In this document: piece after piece, positions 10,224 to 20,469 of the stretch
Layout: each line of letters opens with the position of its first letter
Position numbering within the stretch: the first letter of the stretch is position 1
Assembly: GCA_019057795.1 (NCBI GenBank)
Contig: JAHLWS010000058.1
Coordinates: 1-42,078 of the forward strand
Length of the DNA stretch: 42,078 nt
Direction of reading: 5' to 3'
Origin: Promethearchaeota archaeon
GTDB taxonomy: Archaea > Asgardarchaeota > Lokiarchaeia > Sigyniarchaeales > SOKP01
The notes under the pieces: model-generated
The model's input: only the letters and a program-made list of their open reading frames with translations
Database searches by the model: none
Told to the model about the DNA's origin: nothing
Position numbers and translations under genes: made by a program

Positions 10224-11417
10224 ATGAGTATTATTGTAGATAGTGATTTATGTGAAGGCTGTGGTGCTTGTTTAACTTCATGTCCTTATGGAGGCGTTGA
10301 AATAATCGATGACATTGCTGTTTTTAATGAAGATTGTAATTTATGTGGGGCGTGTATAGAATCATGCCCTGTAGATGCCATTACATTGGTACGGGCAGAA
10401 CGAATCGAAAAGGTGGATAAAGCACAGTATAAAGGTGTTTGGATAATAGCAGAACATTATAAAAACGAAATTCATAAAGTTGCGTTTCAGCTCTTGGGGA
10501 AGGGGCGAGAGTTATCAAACACATTAAATGTGAATTTAACTCTTGTTATATTAGGATATAAATTTGACGATAAATTGGAAGAGGTTGGTGAATACGGTGC
10601 GGACGAAGTTATATACGTTAAATCAGCTATATTAAAAGACTATTATTCGGACTTGTATGTAAATATATTAACCGATTTAATTACCGAATATAAGCCGGAA
10701 ATTATATTAATCGGGGCTACTCCAACAGGAAGAGATTTTGCCCCAAGAGTTGCCAAGCGATTAAATGCTGGATTGACAGCAGATTGTACTGGGTTAGATA
10801 TCGAAGATGAAACGGGTAATTTGATGCAAACGAGACCTACATTTGGGGGAAATATCATGGCAACCATCCGTACGCCTTCAAGCAGACCACAAATGGCAAC
10901 TGTGAGACCTGGTACTTTTAAAGCAGATAAAACCGCTAAAAAAAAAGTAAGAATTATTAAAATCGAAAAAGAATTTAAAGAAAAAGATACATTAACTAAA
11001 ATCATAAAGATCATAGCAAGACAAAAGGAGAAAGTCAATTTAGAAGACGCTGAAATAATTGTTACTGGAGGGAGAGGCGTTGGTTCAATGCAAGGTTTTA
11101 AAATTATTGAGGAATTAGCTAATGTTTTAGGAGCAGAACTGGGAGGTTCAAGAGTTCCAGTAGAACTAAATTGGCTGGGCGAAGATAGACAAGTTGGGCA
11201 AACTGGGAAAACTGTTTCTCCAAAACTCTATATCGCATGCGGAATTTCGGGAGCAATCCAACATTTAGTGGGCATGCAAAATTCAGAAATTATCGTTGCA
11301 ATTAACAAAGATCCACTTGCTCCGATTTTTCAAGTAGCTCACTATGGAATCGTTGGCGATTTGCATAAAGTTGTACCTGCTTTGATTGAAGAACTTAAAA
11401 AGACTAAATCTGAGTAA
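10224..11417 (+). CDS. etfA: Electron transfer flavoprotein alpha subunit with N-terminal 2x[4Fe-4S] ferredoxin domain
   Basis: Two CxxCxxCxxxCP motifs then GLTADC, QVGQTGKTV, GISGAIQH; ATG 10224 preceded by GGAGG. Confidence 0.93.
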   Translation: MSIIVDSDLCEGCGACLTSCPYGGVEIIDDIAVFNEDCNLCGACIESCPVDAITLVRAERIEKVDKAQYKGVWIIAEHYKNEIHKVAFQLLGKGRELSNTLNVNLTLVILGYKFDDKLEEVGEYGADEVIYVKSAILKDYYSDLYVNILTDLITEYKPEIILIGATPTGRDFAPRVAKRLNAGLTADCTGLDIEDETGNLMQTRPTFGGNIMATIRTPSSRPQMATVRPGTFKADKTAKKKVRIIKIEKEFKEKDTLTKIIKIIARQKEKVNLEDAEIIVTGGRGVGSMQGFKIIEELANVLGAELGGSRVPVELNWLGEDRQVGQTGKTVSPKLYIACGISGAIQHLVGMQNSEIIVAINKDPLAPIFQVAHYGIVGDLHKVVPALIEELKKTKSE

Positions 11418-11466
11418 AATTATAAAAAATTAAAAATAAAAATAAAATAATTTCGTTAATTCTATT

Positions 11467-12258
11467 TTAAACTTTATCTAGACGACCACCGTTTATTCCT
11501 ATGACCTCTCCATTCATAAACCATGCAGCATCGCTGCATAAGAATAAGATTACTTGAGAGACATATTTCGCTTCCCCTATTCCTAAAGGAATCCTTCCTG
11601 AATAGTATTTTCTCCATTTTCCTTCTTGTTTACTTAATAATTCACCAAGAATCGGAGTTTCGATAAGTGTAGGCATAATTGCATGAGATTTTATATTGTA
11701 TCGAATTAATTCTAATCCTGCTGTTTTAACCATTCCAATCATCCCAGATTTGGCTGCAGCATAATTCAATTGACCAATATTTCCTTCGGCAGCTTGACTG
11801 CTAATCGAAATTACTCGCCTATCAGGATAATCAGCGATCTTTTCTTTTGGGTTTTCCTTGCAATAAGCAATCCATCGCTTAGCACACGCTTGTAAAGTCA
11901 AGTAAAACCCTTTAAGGTGCGTATTTATCACATCGTCCCAAGATTCTTCTGATAATTTATGTATCATTCCATCTTTTAAAATACCGGCAGAATGAATTAG
12001 AAAATCAACCGTTCCATATTTTTCAAACGCTTGATTAACTCCAGCTTCGACCAAGTCAGATTTTCGTACATCTCCTTCAATAAATAGGACCTCTCCGTCT
12101 GCATCTTTAATTTCTTTCTCAACACGCAACCCATTTTCTTTATCAAAATCAAAAATTACTACTTTTGCTCCTTCAGCTGCGAAATCCTTAGCGGCTCTTT
12201 CTGCCAAACCTGAAGCTCCACCCGTGAGAAAGGCTACTTTACCATCAAATTTTCCCAT
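11467..12258 (-). CDS. SDR family oxidoreductase (FabG-like)
   Basis: TGGASGLA, AGIL, NYAAAK (YxxxK). Confidence 0.92.
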   Translation of the reverse strand: MGKFDGKVAFLTGGASGLAERAAKDFAAEGAKVVIFDFDKENGLRVEKEIKDADGEVLFIEGDVRKSDLVEAGVNQAFEKYGTVDFLIHSAGILKDGMIHKLSEESWDDVINTHLKGFYLTLQACAKRWIAYCKENPKEKIADYPDRRVISISSQAAEGNIGQLNYAAAKSGMIGMVKTAGLELIRYNIKSHAIMPTLIETPILGELLSKQEGKWRKYYSGRIPLGIGEAKYVSQVILFLCSDAAWFMNGEVIGINGGRLDKV

Positions 12259-13181
12259 TTTATTCGACCTCGAGTTTTAGTTTTTTTTTTATATTTTTTT
12301 TATTTAATTTACTGTTCAATATAAATTTGAAGAAGAATAAGAATTTAAAATTTTTATTATTTAAGATAGGACATTTGGATCTAGATTACTAACCATAATT
12401 ATATCGCGGACTTTTGTTTTGATTAGTACTATATTTTAGTTCGATGAATATAATTATATTTTTGCTACTATTTTCTTTTCAATTACAATTAAAAAGGAAT
12501 TACAAGGCGTAAAAAAAAAAGATTAAGTAATGGAATGTGATTATGTTTAGCGGGAAAAACTCATTCGTGGAGGAATAAATTATGGGCTAAAATAGAAACA
12601 TTCCACTACAAATAGAAAATCGAAATTTTCTATCTTAAATAAGATCATTCAGATATAAAAATATTTCGAAAAATTCGCTAATTTTACAAACGCTCTATTT
12701 GAATATTCAATAAATTTACATGTTATAAGTTGGTTTGAAATAATTTCTCTATTATTTTAACTATACAATCTTAGAATTAAATATAATTGCTAAGATAACT
12801 CATAATTTTAATTAAAAAAAAATATTTTTCTCTAATTCCTTGGGACATGGAATTATTTATTTCAAAAATATTATCCAAATTAGCGTACAAAATTTTTGAT
12901 CGCTAAGAATAAAATTGTAAAATGTACGATTTTATTAAGAACTTAATAAGGAAAAAGTCGTCATAAAATGCGAAATAAATACATCGTACTCAAATACTAA
13001 TTTGTTTAACTTTTTATTTGTTTTCTATTTGATTTTTAACCATATATTTTAACCTACTAATAGAAATAAGTGGGGGAAAATGTTCCCATTATCGTAAATA
13101 ACGAATAATTTAATTAAATTTAAGAGCCTAATTAAAATTATTAAAGATAGTAAATCTCTTAATTTTTAACGAAATTTAATC

Positions 13182-13802
13182 ATGGAAATTAAAAGTTATA
13201 ATTTATTGAACGTAGGGGTGGGTGGCCAAGGCGTAATTCGAGCGGCACAAATTCTTTCATATGCAGCTTTATTGGAAGACTATAAAGTTAGAACTGCAGA
13301 GACGCATGGCATGGCCCAAAGAGGTGGTTCAGTTGCGTCATATCTTCGATTTGGTACTGAGGTAGAAGGACCACTTGTTCCACGAGGGAAAACCGACACT
13401 ATTTTGGCTTTTGAAGCAAGTGAGGCTGCTAGGATTTTTAATTATGCTGGACCACAAACTATCTTTTTAATAAATAAAAACATCATTATCCCCCCTGTGA
13501 TTCATCAGATGAATATGGACTATCCAGATATAAAACAAATAAGCGAATTTTTGAAGAGTGTTTCTCAAAACATATATTTTATAAATGCTGATGAGATAGC
13601 AATGAATTTGGGGAATCCTCGAACCATGAATGTTGTTATGCTAGGCGTACTGTTAGGTTCACAAGCTATACCTCTCAAAAGGGAGTCTCTTGTACAGGCT
13701 ATTTTGAGCTATCTCCCAACAAAAGTACACGATGTAAATAAAAAAGCATTTGAAATGGGAATTGAAAAAGGAAAAAACATAAGGAGGGATTTTAATGAGT
13801 AA
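13182..13802 (+). CDS. iorB: Indolepyruvate:ferredoxin oxidoreductase beta subunit
   Basis: GVGGQG, ETHGMAQRGGSV, NVVMLG. Confidence 0.95.
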   Translation: MEIKSYNLLNVGVGGQGVIRAAQILSYAALLEDYKVRTAETHGMAQRGGSVASYLRFGTEVEGPLVPRGKTDTILAFEASEAARIFNYAGPQTIFLINKNIIIPPVIHQMNMDYPDIKQISEFLKSVSQNIYFINADEIAMNLGNPRTMNVVMLGVLLGSQAIPLKRESLVQAILSYLPTKVHDVNKKAFEMGIEKGKNIRRDFNE

Positions 13803-15702
13803 ACCCTACTATGCAGAAGACAATCCCGGAAAGAAAATCGTTATGTTAGGTAATGAAGCAATTGCTCGCGGAATTTTGGAAGCGGGCGTTGTCATTGGGG
13901 CGGGATATCCTGGCACTCCATCGTCCGAGATATTGCCAACCTTAGCGGAAATGCAAAAATATTTTCCACATCTCAAATTAGAATGGAGTATTAACGAAAA
14001 AGTAGGTTTTGAAGTAGCATACGGCGGATCTATGTCAAATGTACGCTCAATTGCGGTAATGAAGCATGTTGGGCTAAATGTCGCATCAGATGCGTTCATG
14101 ACGGCCTGCTATGCTGGAGCTCGAGGTGGGATGGTAGTAATTTCAGCAGATGATCCTAATTGCTATTCTTCTCAAAACGAACAAGATAATCGATATTTTG
14201 GCATTCACGCTTTAGTACCGGTCTTTGAACCCGCGACACCACAAGAAGCAAAAGATATGATAAAATACGCTTTTGATTTTTCGGAAGAATATCACTCTTT
14301 AGTATTATTTCGGACTACAACCAGGTTGAACCACGGGAGAGGAGACGTTATTCTTGGAGAAGTTAAAAAAATTAATCGCGATTACGGTTTTGATTGGGAT
14401 CGTTCCAGATGGGTTTGTTTGCCATCACACTCACGAGTTTTGCGTGTTAGATTGTTAGAAAGATTAGAGAACATCTCTGAATTTGCTGACGAATTTCCTT
14501 TTAACTCGTTAAAATTATCAAAAGAGAAAATTAACGGTGTTAGATATGGATTTGTTGCTGCTGGCATACCGTACTCTCAATTGCTAGATGCTCTTAATTT
14601 TTTCGGTATTACTAATAAAGTATCAATTTTAAAACTCGGGTTAGTTTATCCTCCGCCTAAAAAATTAATCAAAAAATTATTCGATTCTACGGATGAAATT
14701 GTAGTTGTTGAGGAGCTAGAACCATTTATTGAAAATATCTTAAAACAACTAGCATTCGAAGAAGGCATCTCAAATGAACTTAAAATTCATGGTAAAGACT
14801 TATTTCCTCAAAATGGTGAATTCTCTGCAGAAATTTATTTAGAAAATATTGCTAGTTTGGTTGGATTGCCCTACGAAAAAGTACCTGTGCCAGAGAATAT
14901 GATGATTATACCTCCAAGGCTTCCTATTTTATGTCCTGGATGTGGTCATAGAACAACTTTTTACGCAATTAAACAAGTAGAAAAAAAGATGAAAACTAAG
15001 TTCGTTAATTCTTCTGATATTGGTTGTTACACGCTCGCAGTGTACAAACCCCTTGAAGGAATAGACACTGAAGTATGTATGGGGGGTTCTATAGGCTTAG
15101 CAAATGGAATTGCTAAAATTCAATCGGAGAAAAATCCCGTATTAGCAATATTAGGCGATTCCACATTCTTCCATTCTGGTATACCCGCTTTAATAAACGC
15201 TGTTTATAACAAAAATAACATTTTAGTTGTAATTTTAGATAATAGGTCGACTAGTATGACGGGATTTCAAGACAATCCAGGTACAGGTATTACGCTCACA
15301 AAAGAACAGGGAATTCGCGTAATTATTGAAGATCTCGTAAAGGGCTGTGGCGTATCTCCGGATAAGATTTGGGTAGAAGATTCCTACAATCTAAATAAAA
15401 CTATAGAAAAGCTAGAAATAGCTGTTAAGGCTGAAGGTGTTCGAGTTTTCATTTCTAGACACTTATGTTCTTTAGTAGAAGCAAATCAATTTCGAGCACA
15501 ACAGATAACACCACCCACAGTAAAAGTAGATCAAGACAAATGCGTTGGATGCCTTATATGTGTTAATAAATTTGGATGTTCTGCGCTAAATTTTAATGAA
15601 GATGAGAAAAAAGTAGTAATAGATCAGACGGTTTGTAGAGGGTGTAAAGTGTGTATTGATGTATGCCCTCAAGAAGCTATTTATGAGGAGATTGAATCTT
15701 AA
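13795..15702 (+). CDS. iorA: Indolepyruvate:ferredoxin oxidoreductase alpha subunit
   Basis: LGNEAIARG, YPGTPSSE, KHVGLNVA, CPGCGHR, GDSTFFHSG, C-terminal ferredoxin. Confidence 0.96.
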   Translation: MSKPYYAEDNPGKKIVMLGNEAIARGILEAGVVIGAGYPGTPSSEILPTLAEMQKYFPHLKLEWSINEKVGFEVAYGGSMSNVRSIAVMKHVGLNVASDAFMTACYAGARGGMVVISADDPNCYSSQNEQDNRYFGIHALVPVFEPATPQEAKDMIKYAFDFSEEYHSLVLFRTTTRLNHGRGDVILGEVKKINRDYGFDWDRSRWVCLPSHSRVLRVRLLERLENISEFADEFPFNSLKLSKEKINGVRYGFVAAGIPYSQLLDALNFFGITNKVSILKLGLVYPPPKKLIKKLFDSTDEIVVVEELEPFIENILKQLAFEEGISNELKIHGKDLFPQNGEFSAEIYLENIASLVGLPYEKVPVPENMMIIPPRLPILCPGCGHRTTFYAIKQVEKKMKTKFVNSSDIGCYTLAVYKPLEGIDTEVCMGGSIGLANGIAKIQSEKNPVLAILGDSTFFHSGIPALINAVYNKNNILVVILDNRSTSMTGFQDNPGTGITLTKEQGIRVIIEDLVKGCGVSPDKIWVEDSYNLNKTIEKLEIAVKAEGVRVFISRHLCSLVEANQFRAQQITPPTVKVDQDKCVGCLICVNKFGCSALNFNEDEKKVVIDQTVCRGCKVCIDVCPQEAIYEEIES

Positions 15703-17103
15703 ATGCATAATTTTTTTTTCCCTAAAAGCATAGCAGTTATAGGCGCAACCGCAAATCCTAGAAAGTTCGGAAACGCAGTTACGATTAATATTCTAAAGAA
15801 TAAAAATTTAGAAAGCGAATTATTTCTTGTAACTCAAAAAAGCAACGAAATTTTAGGATTAAAATGTTATAAAAGTATATTAGATGTCCCAAAAGATGTG
15901 GATCTCGCGATAATTTTAGTCCCTGCAAAAGCAGTTGATGGCGTAATAGATCAATGCATAGAAAAACAAGTAAAAAGTATAATAATAGTTACTGCTGGTT
16001 TTGGGGAAATTAATCAAGAAGGTAAAAAAGCCGAAAAGCGAATCGCAGAAAAATGTACAAAAGTGGGCATTCGAGTTATGGGACCTAATTGTGTAGGAAT
16101 ACAAAACATAGATATAGGGCTTAACGCTTCGTTTATTCAAGCAGCGCCCCCAGGAAGTATTAGTATGATTAGCCAATCTGGTTCGTTCGGATGTGCCAGT
16201 TTTTATGCGATGGAAAGAGAAAATCTCGGATGTTCAAAATTCGCTAATATTGGAAATAACATAGACATTTCTTTTGTCGAAGTTCTTGAATTTTTTAAGG
16301 AAGATCCTAACAGTCGAATCATTTGTATTTACATGGAAACGATTGAAGATGGAAGAAAATTTTTAAAATCTTTAAAATCTATTGTTCCTATTAAACCAGT
16401 TATTGTCTTGAAAGGAGGAAGAACTTCATCTGGAATGAAGGCGGCAAGTAGCCACACAGGTTCGATAGCAACAAATTATAAAATGTTGAAAACATCCATT
16501 AAACAAGCTGGAGCAACATTATGTGAAAATGCTTCCGATTTTATTACCGCTTTGAAAACATTCTCTTTATTACCAATTCCTAAAGGTGAAAAGATAGGAG
16601 TGTTAACTAATAGTGGAGGGAGCTCTGTTTTATTCAGTGATAAAACTGAAGAATTTAATTTAAAACTAGTAGAATTTTCTGATACACTTAAAGAAAGAGT
16701 ATCGCCTCACTTGATATCTCTAGTAAAGATAGAAAACCCACTTGATATGATAGGGGTTGCTGGTGAGGAACAATTCTATAATGTTGCCAGAGAAATGTTT
16801 GAAGATCCGGGAATAAATATTGTTTTGGGGTGTGTTGTAATACCTCCTTTTCTAAGGATGAACACTGACGAACATTTTCGTGGACTTATTCGAGCTTGGA
16901 ACGAAACTGGGAGAAAAAAACCTTTATTTCCTTTATTTCTTTTTAGTGAAGGATTTAAAGAATTAAAAGAGTTGGCTAAAAAAGAGATGACTCCTATTTT
17001 CTATACACCACACGAAGCTGCTTATGCTATAAATCTATTAATTAATAGAAAGAATTTTTTGGACCATAAAGCAAATTCAATAGAAAATTACCGCGTTTGC
17101 TGA
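15703..17103 (+). CDS. acdA: ADP-forming acyl-CoA synthetase (ACD) alpha-type subunit
   Basis: PKSIAVIGA, GPNCVG, ISQSG, AASSHTG (phospho-His), TNSGG, NPLD. Confidence 0.9.
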   Translation: MHNFFFPKSIAVIGATANPRKFGNAVTINILKNKNLESELFLVTQKSNEILGLKCYKSILDVPKDVDLAIILVPAKAVDGVIDQCIEKQVKSIIIVTAGFGEINQEGKKAEKRIAEKCTKVGIRVMGPNCVGIQNIDIGLNASFIQAAPPGSISMISQSGSFGCASFYAMERENLGCSKFANIGNNIDISFVEVLEFFKEDPNSRIICIYMETIEDGRKFLKSLKSIVPIKPVIVLKGGRTSSGMKAASSHTGSIATNYKMLKTSIKQAGATLCENASDFITALKTFSLLPIPKGEKIGVLTNSGGSSVLFSDKTEEFNLKLVEFSDTLKERVSPHLISLVKIENPLDMIGVAGEEQFYNVAREMFEDPGINIVLGCVVIPPFLRMNTDEHFRGLIRAWNETGRKKPLFPLFLFSEGFKELKELAKKEMTPIFYTPHEAAYAINLLINRKNFLDHKANSIENYRVC

Positions 17104-17220
17104 AGAACTTGAAGAATTTCTTATTATTGGGTATTTTTGCGCTAGCCCGTAGCCCCCGTTAGATGTGGATTAATAAAAAGCTTGTAAAAAAAAGCAAAAA
17201 AAAAACAAAAAAGTAGATAA

Positions 17221-17560
17221 TTAAAAAATAGAAGTTGCGTAATTCTGAGCAAAATTTTCCTCGCTTAATCGAGTCTTAAGAAGGCGTATATCGTTATGGG
17301 CTTTCATGAACTCAAAACGGTCTTTTAACGCTTCTCAAAGCGTGTTTCTAAGAGGGGCGATGCGACACCATCGACCAGCAAACTCTCCTAAAGACGCTTG
17401 GTATCCGTTCTTGTAGCTGTTGTCTACTTGGGTGTTGAACCTTTTAGCGTAAATCCCTAAAGGTTGGGAGCTTCCCCTATCTGCCGTCAAAACCCAGTCG
17501 TTCTCGCGTCCTTTCCGAAGCTTCCAGCCCGCTGGCACTCTTCTGAAGTTTGACAACTTT
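17221..17560 (-). pseudogene. GC-richer foreign gene tail with internal TGA; possibly IS4-superfamily transposase remnant
   Basis: Frame continues past TGA (17335-17337) for 37 more codons to TAA 17221; WVLTAD...YAKRFNTQVDNSYK loosely resembles the Y-x2-R-x3-E motif. Confidence 0.3.
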
Positions 17561-17787
17561 TTACAAATAAATGGATGTGCTTTATTTGATAAATTCACAT
17601 TTTGATAGATCTAATTTCACTTTTTACTAGATCTGCCTAATGAAACAACATTTGACTGATAATAAAACTATTTTTTGAAGCATAACTCATATTGATTTGA
17701 TCGACCTGTAATTTAAAGCATTAGTATTTCATTCATAATTCTGTTCACTCTTGAGTTATATATAAAGTCAAGATCTAATATGGTAGT

Positions 17788-18369
17788 ATGGAAGATTTAT
17801 CAATAGTAAGTATTCTAGTAAGTGCAATATCAAGTACAATTGCGATAATAATCGCAATCATCTTAAATTGGTGGCAAAATAAAAAGACCAATGAACGATT
17901 AGAAAAATCTCTTAACCACGAGATTAAATTGAGAAATGAACGTGTTCAAAAAATGTATGATATTGTTAAAGAAGTCTTTAATACACTTAAATTCGACACT
18001 AAGAAGAGATTGTTTTTGAGTGTAATTGGAAGGCAAGGAGCACAACATAGTTATACAAATCCAAAAATATCTATGAATGAAGAGGATCTTCATATTCCAA
18101 TTGAAGGAGATTATGAAGAGAAGAAATCACTTCTGAAATTCTTTAAAAACGATTATAAATACTTATGGATTGATGAGATTTATGAATATGGGTTCGGAAG
18201 TTTTTATAATAACTCGATAAAGATGCAAGGTGGAGATCTTTTTGTTTGTAAGGGTTTTTATGAAGTAAAAGAAGATATAAATGAGATAACAGTTAAGGAT
18301 GTTCTATTATTCATATTGAATAAACTAAAAAAGGATTCTAGAGAATACTGGGGAATTGAATTAAAATGA
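17788..18369 (+). CDS. Hypothetical protein with N-terminal transmembrane helix and coiled coil
   Basis: 193-aa ORF; hydrophobic residues ~4-28; TATA-like TTATATATA ~25 nt upstream. Confidence 0.7.
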   Translation: MEDLSIVSILVSAISSTIAIIIAIILNWWQNKKTNERLEKSLNHEIKLRNERVQKMYDIVKEVFNTLKFDTKKRLFLSVIGRQGAQHSYTNPKISMNEEDLHIPIEGDYEEKKSLLKFFKNDYKYLWIDEIYEYGFGSFYNNSIKMQGGDLFVCKGFYEVKEDINEITVKDVLLFILNKLKKDSREYWGIELK

Positions 18370-18419
18370 ATTTTTTAGAATTAATACTAAGAAAAAAAAT
18401 TAGAAAATTATTCAAAGAT

Positions 18420-19112
18420 TTATTTTTTTGCAGATATACAAATATTATTTATTTGTTTTTTATAAGTTATATCTAAATGCCGAGCTAAAATCCGTAGAAA
18501 ATTAATTGCCTCATTTAAATCGTTTTTAGTTATTTGAGATGCAAAAGATGTCTTATGAGCAACATTATTTCGTCTATTAATTATCTCGGATAATTTTCCT
18601 TTTATAAGATTCGTATTGATTCTTTTTTGCCATCCTCTTTGAAATCTTTTTGTTATGTGTTCAAAAATTTTATTAAATCCAATTACATCAAAAAGGTTTA
18701 TTATCACTCTTGGGGTAGGATTATAACCTTGTAATTTGAATACTGCTGTATTTATCTCATCATTAATAATAGATCTGCATGCATTTTTTGCATCTGCTAA
18801 TTTTTTAACATCTTTTTTCAATGATGATTGTTTTAAGGTTCTATCAACATTTGTTATTATTAATTTATCAGGTAGTTTTGAAAAATCAATATTATTGGTG
18901 TGTCTTTTTATGACATCTAAATAGATATCTGGTAGACGATTTAAAAATTCTTCAAATGATGCAACAATCAAAATTGCAGAGCCCCCTCGTAAACCATAAA
19001 CATACTTCTTATGTTTTTGTTTAGGTGGGACTTTATAAGTATCTAATTGAATTAATGCTTTGGCAATTTCTAAGGATTGAAGAAACTCTTTATAGGCAAT
19101 AGATTTAATCAT
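18420..19112 (-). CDS. HEPN RNase (RiboL-PSP / MAE_28990-MAE_18760-like)
   Basis: ILIVASFEEF helix and RNNVAH (RxxxxH) motif. Confidence 0.82.
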   Translation of the reverse strand: MIKSIAYKEFLQSLEIAKALIQLDTYKVPPKQKHKKYVYGLRGGSAILIVASFEEFLNRLPDIYLDVIKRHTNNIDFSKLPDKLIITNVDRTLKQSSLKKDVKKLADAKNACRSIINDEINTAVFKLQGYNPTPRVIINLFDVIGFNKIFEHITKRFQRGWQKRINTNLIKGKLSEIINRRNNVAHKTSFASQITKNDLNEAINFLRILARHLDITYKKQINNICISAKK

Positions 19113-19119
19113 TGAATTT

Positions 19120-20427
19120 TTACCTTTTTAAGAAATTATTTATAAAATTATAGACTTTATCCTTCCGTGTGAAAAAAGCAGGTGAAGTACTTGTGTGATA
19201 AGAAATTGAATAATCAAAGTTTTCATCTGAGAAGAGTTTTTTATATTCTTTGATAAAATCATCCTGATTAAAATCATTCGGTATTGAGAGAGTTTCATCA
19301 CGGTCGACACATGCAAATATAACAGCATCAAACAATGGCGTCGTCATTTTTTTCTTCCAATAACCCTTACTTTTAAACCATCTTTTAAAAGCAAATTCAC
19401 CAAATAATCTATAAATAAAGTTTATAGTTTTAAGAAATTTCTTTTCAAATTTCTCAATTTTAATTTTATTCATCCTTTGATTTTTTCTAATGAAATCACT
19501 CATTTTCCAAGCAATATCTCCTGAAAAATAGGTTGGATTCTCAAAAAAAGTAAAAAATCTGAGTACATACTCTACATCCTTCATTTCTTGATAAATTTTT
19601 GATTCATTTTTATCATCTACTCCTAATAATTTGTGAAATGTTGAATTCTCAGACAAATCTATAATCAAATCATTTAAATCTCCCGGATAAGCACTATTCC
19701 GTATCTCTTGATCGTTTAAGCTTACACCTCCGGTATTTAAACGTTGAAAAACTTTATATTTAATATCCTCATCAGATTCATTGAGTATTATAATTGCTCT
19801 CAAAACAGTTCGAGTTTTTAGATAATTTTGATATGTTGATGGTAGATCAGAAAAAAGTCTTCTATTTAAATCTTTAAATACTTTTAGCCCAACCAGTTCT
19901 AATTTATTTGTAAAAAATCTTTGAATAGAATTTAACCGTTGTTTACCATCTATAACAGAATATTTTCCATATTCATCTTCATTTAAGTATATTGGAGGAA
20001 CTGGAACATTCATTATAAATGATTCTATTAGTTTCGATTGTCTTTCATCACTCCAACGATATCTTCGTTGATATTCAGGGTGAAGATTAATAATGTCTTC
20101 TTCTAACAATTCTGACAATGTTCTCAAGTTATAATCGACAAATTGAGTTACAAGAGTACGTTGTTGATCTTTCAATGCTCTCTCAATATCGATTTCTTTG
20201 CCCTCTTTAATAGTATCATAATCAATATCGCTGTTTTGTATGTGATCAATATAATAATCTTTTTGTGAATCAGCGTCCCTGAAATCATCAAAAATTTCCT
20301 TTTGAACATTTTTATATTTATGAATAACTCCTCCTATAAATACAATTTCTATGATTTTACCATATACTTCAAATCCAATTTTATCAATTTCATCAGAGAT
20401 ATTATAAAAATATTCCATATTCATCAC
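19120..20427 (-). CDS. KTSC-DUF262 (GmrS/ParB-like NTPase) fusion protein
   Basis: PEYQRRYRW, IDGKQRL, FQRLNTGG motifs; first ~65 aa match KTSC pattern; no HNH/DUF1524 motif seen. Confidence 0.85.
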   Translation of the reverse strand: MMNMEYFYNISDEIDKIGFEVYGKIIEIVFIGGVIHKYKNVQKEIFDDFRDADSQKDYYIDHIQNSDIDYDTIKEGKEIDIERALKDQQRTLVTQFVDYNLRTLSELLEEDIINLHPEYQRRYRWSDERQSKLIESFIMNVPVPPIYLNEDEYGKYSVIDGKQRLNSIQRFFTNKLELVGLKVFKDLNRRLFSDLPSTYQNYLKTRTVLRAIIILNESDEDIKYKVFQRLNTGGVSLNDQEIRNSAYPGDLNDLIIDLSENSTFHKLLGVDDKNESKIYQEMKDVEYVLRFFTFFENPTYFSGDIAWKMSDFIRKNQRMNKIKIEKFEKKFLKTINFIYRLFGEFAFKRWFKSKGYWKKKMTTPLFDAVIFACVDRDETLSIPNDFNQDDFIKEYKKLFSDENFDYSISYHTSTSPAFFTRKDKVYNFINNFLKR

Positions 20428-20469
20428 ACTATTAAGTTGTTTTTATTAATAATGAATATTAACTACTTT

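Noticed and set aside
83-16176. Antisense ORFs overlapping well-supported genes (e.g. 83-361, 873-1169, 4426-4818, 9372-9755, 10643-11038)
   Set aside because: Shadow ORFs on the opposite strand of recognisable genes, with no motifs
17335-17337. In-frame TGA as selenocysteine
   Set aside because: No redox-motif context, no convincing start or SECIS; a nonsense mutation is simpler
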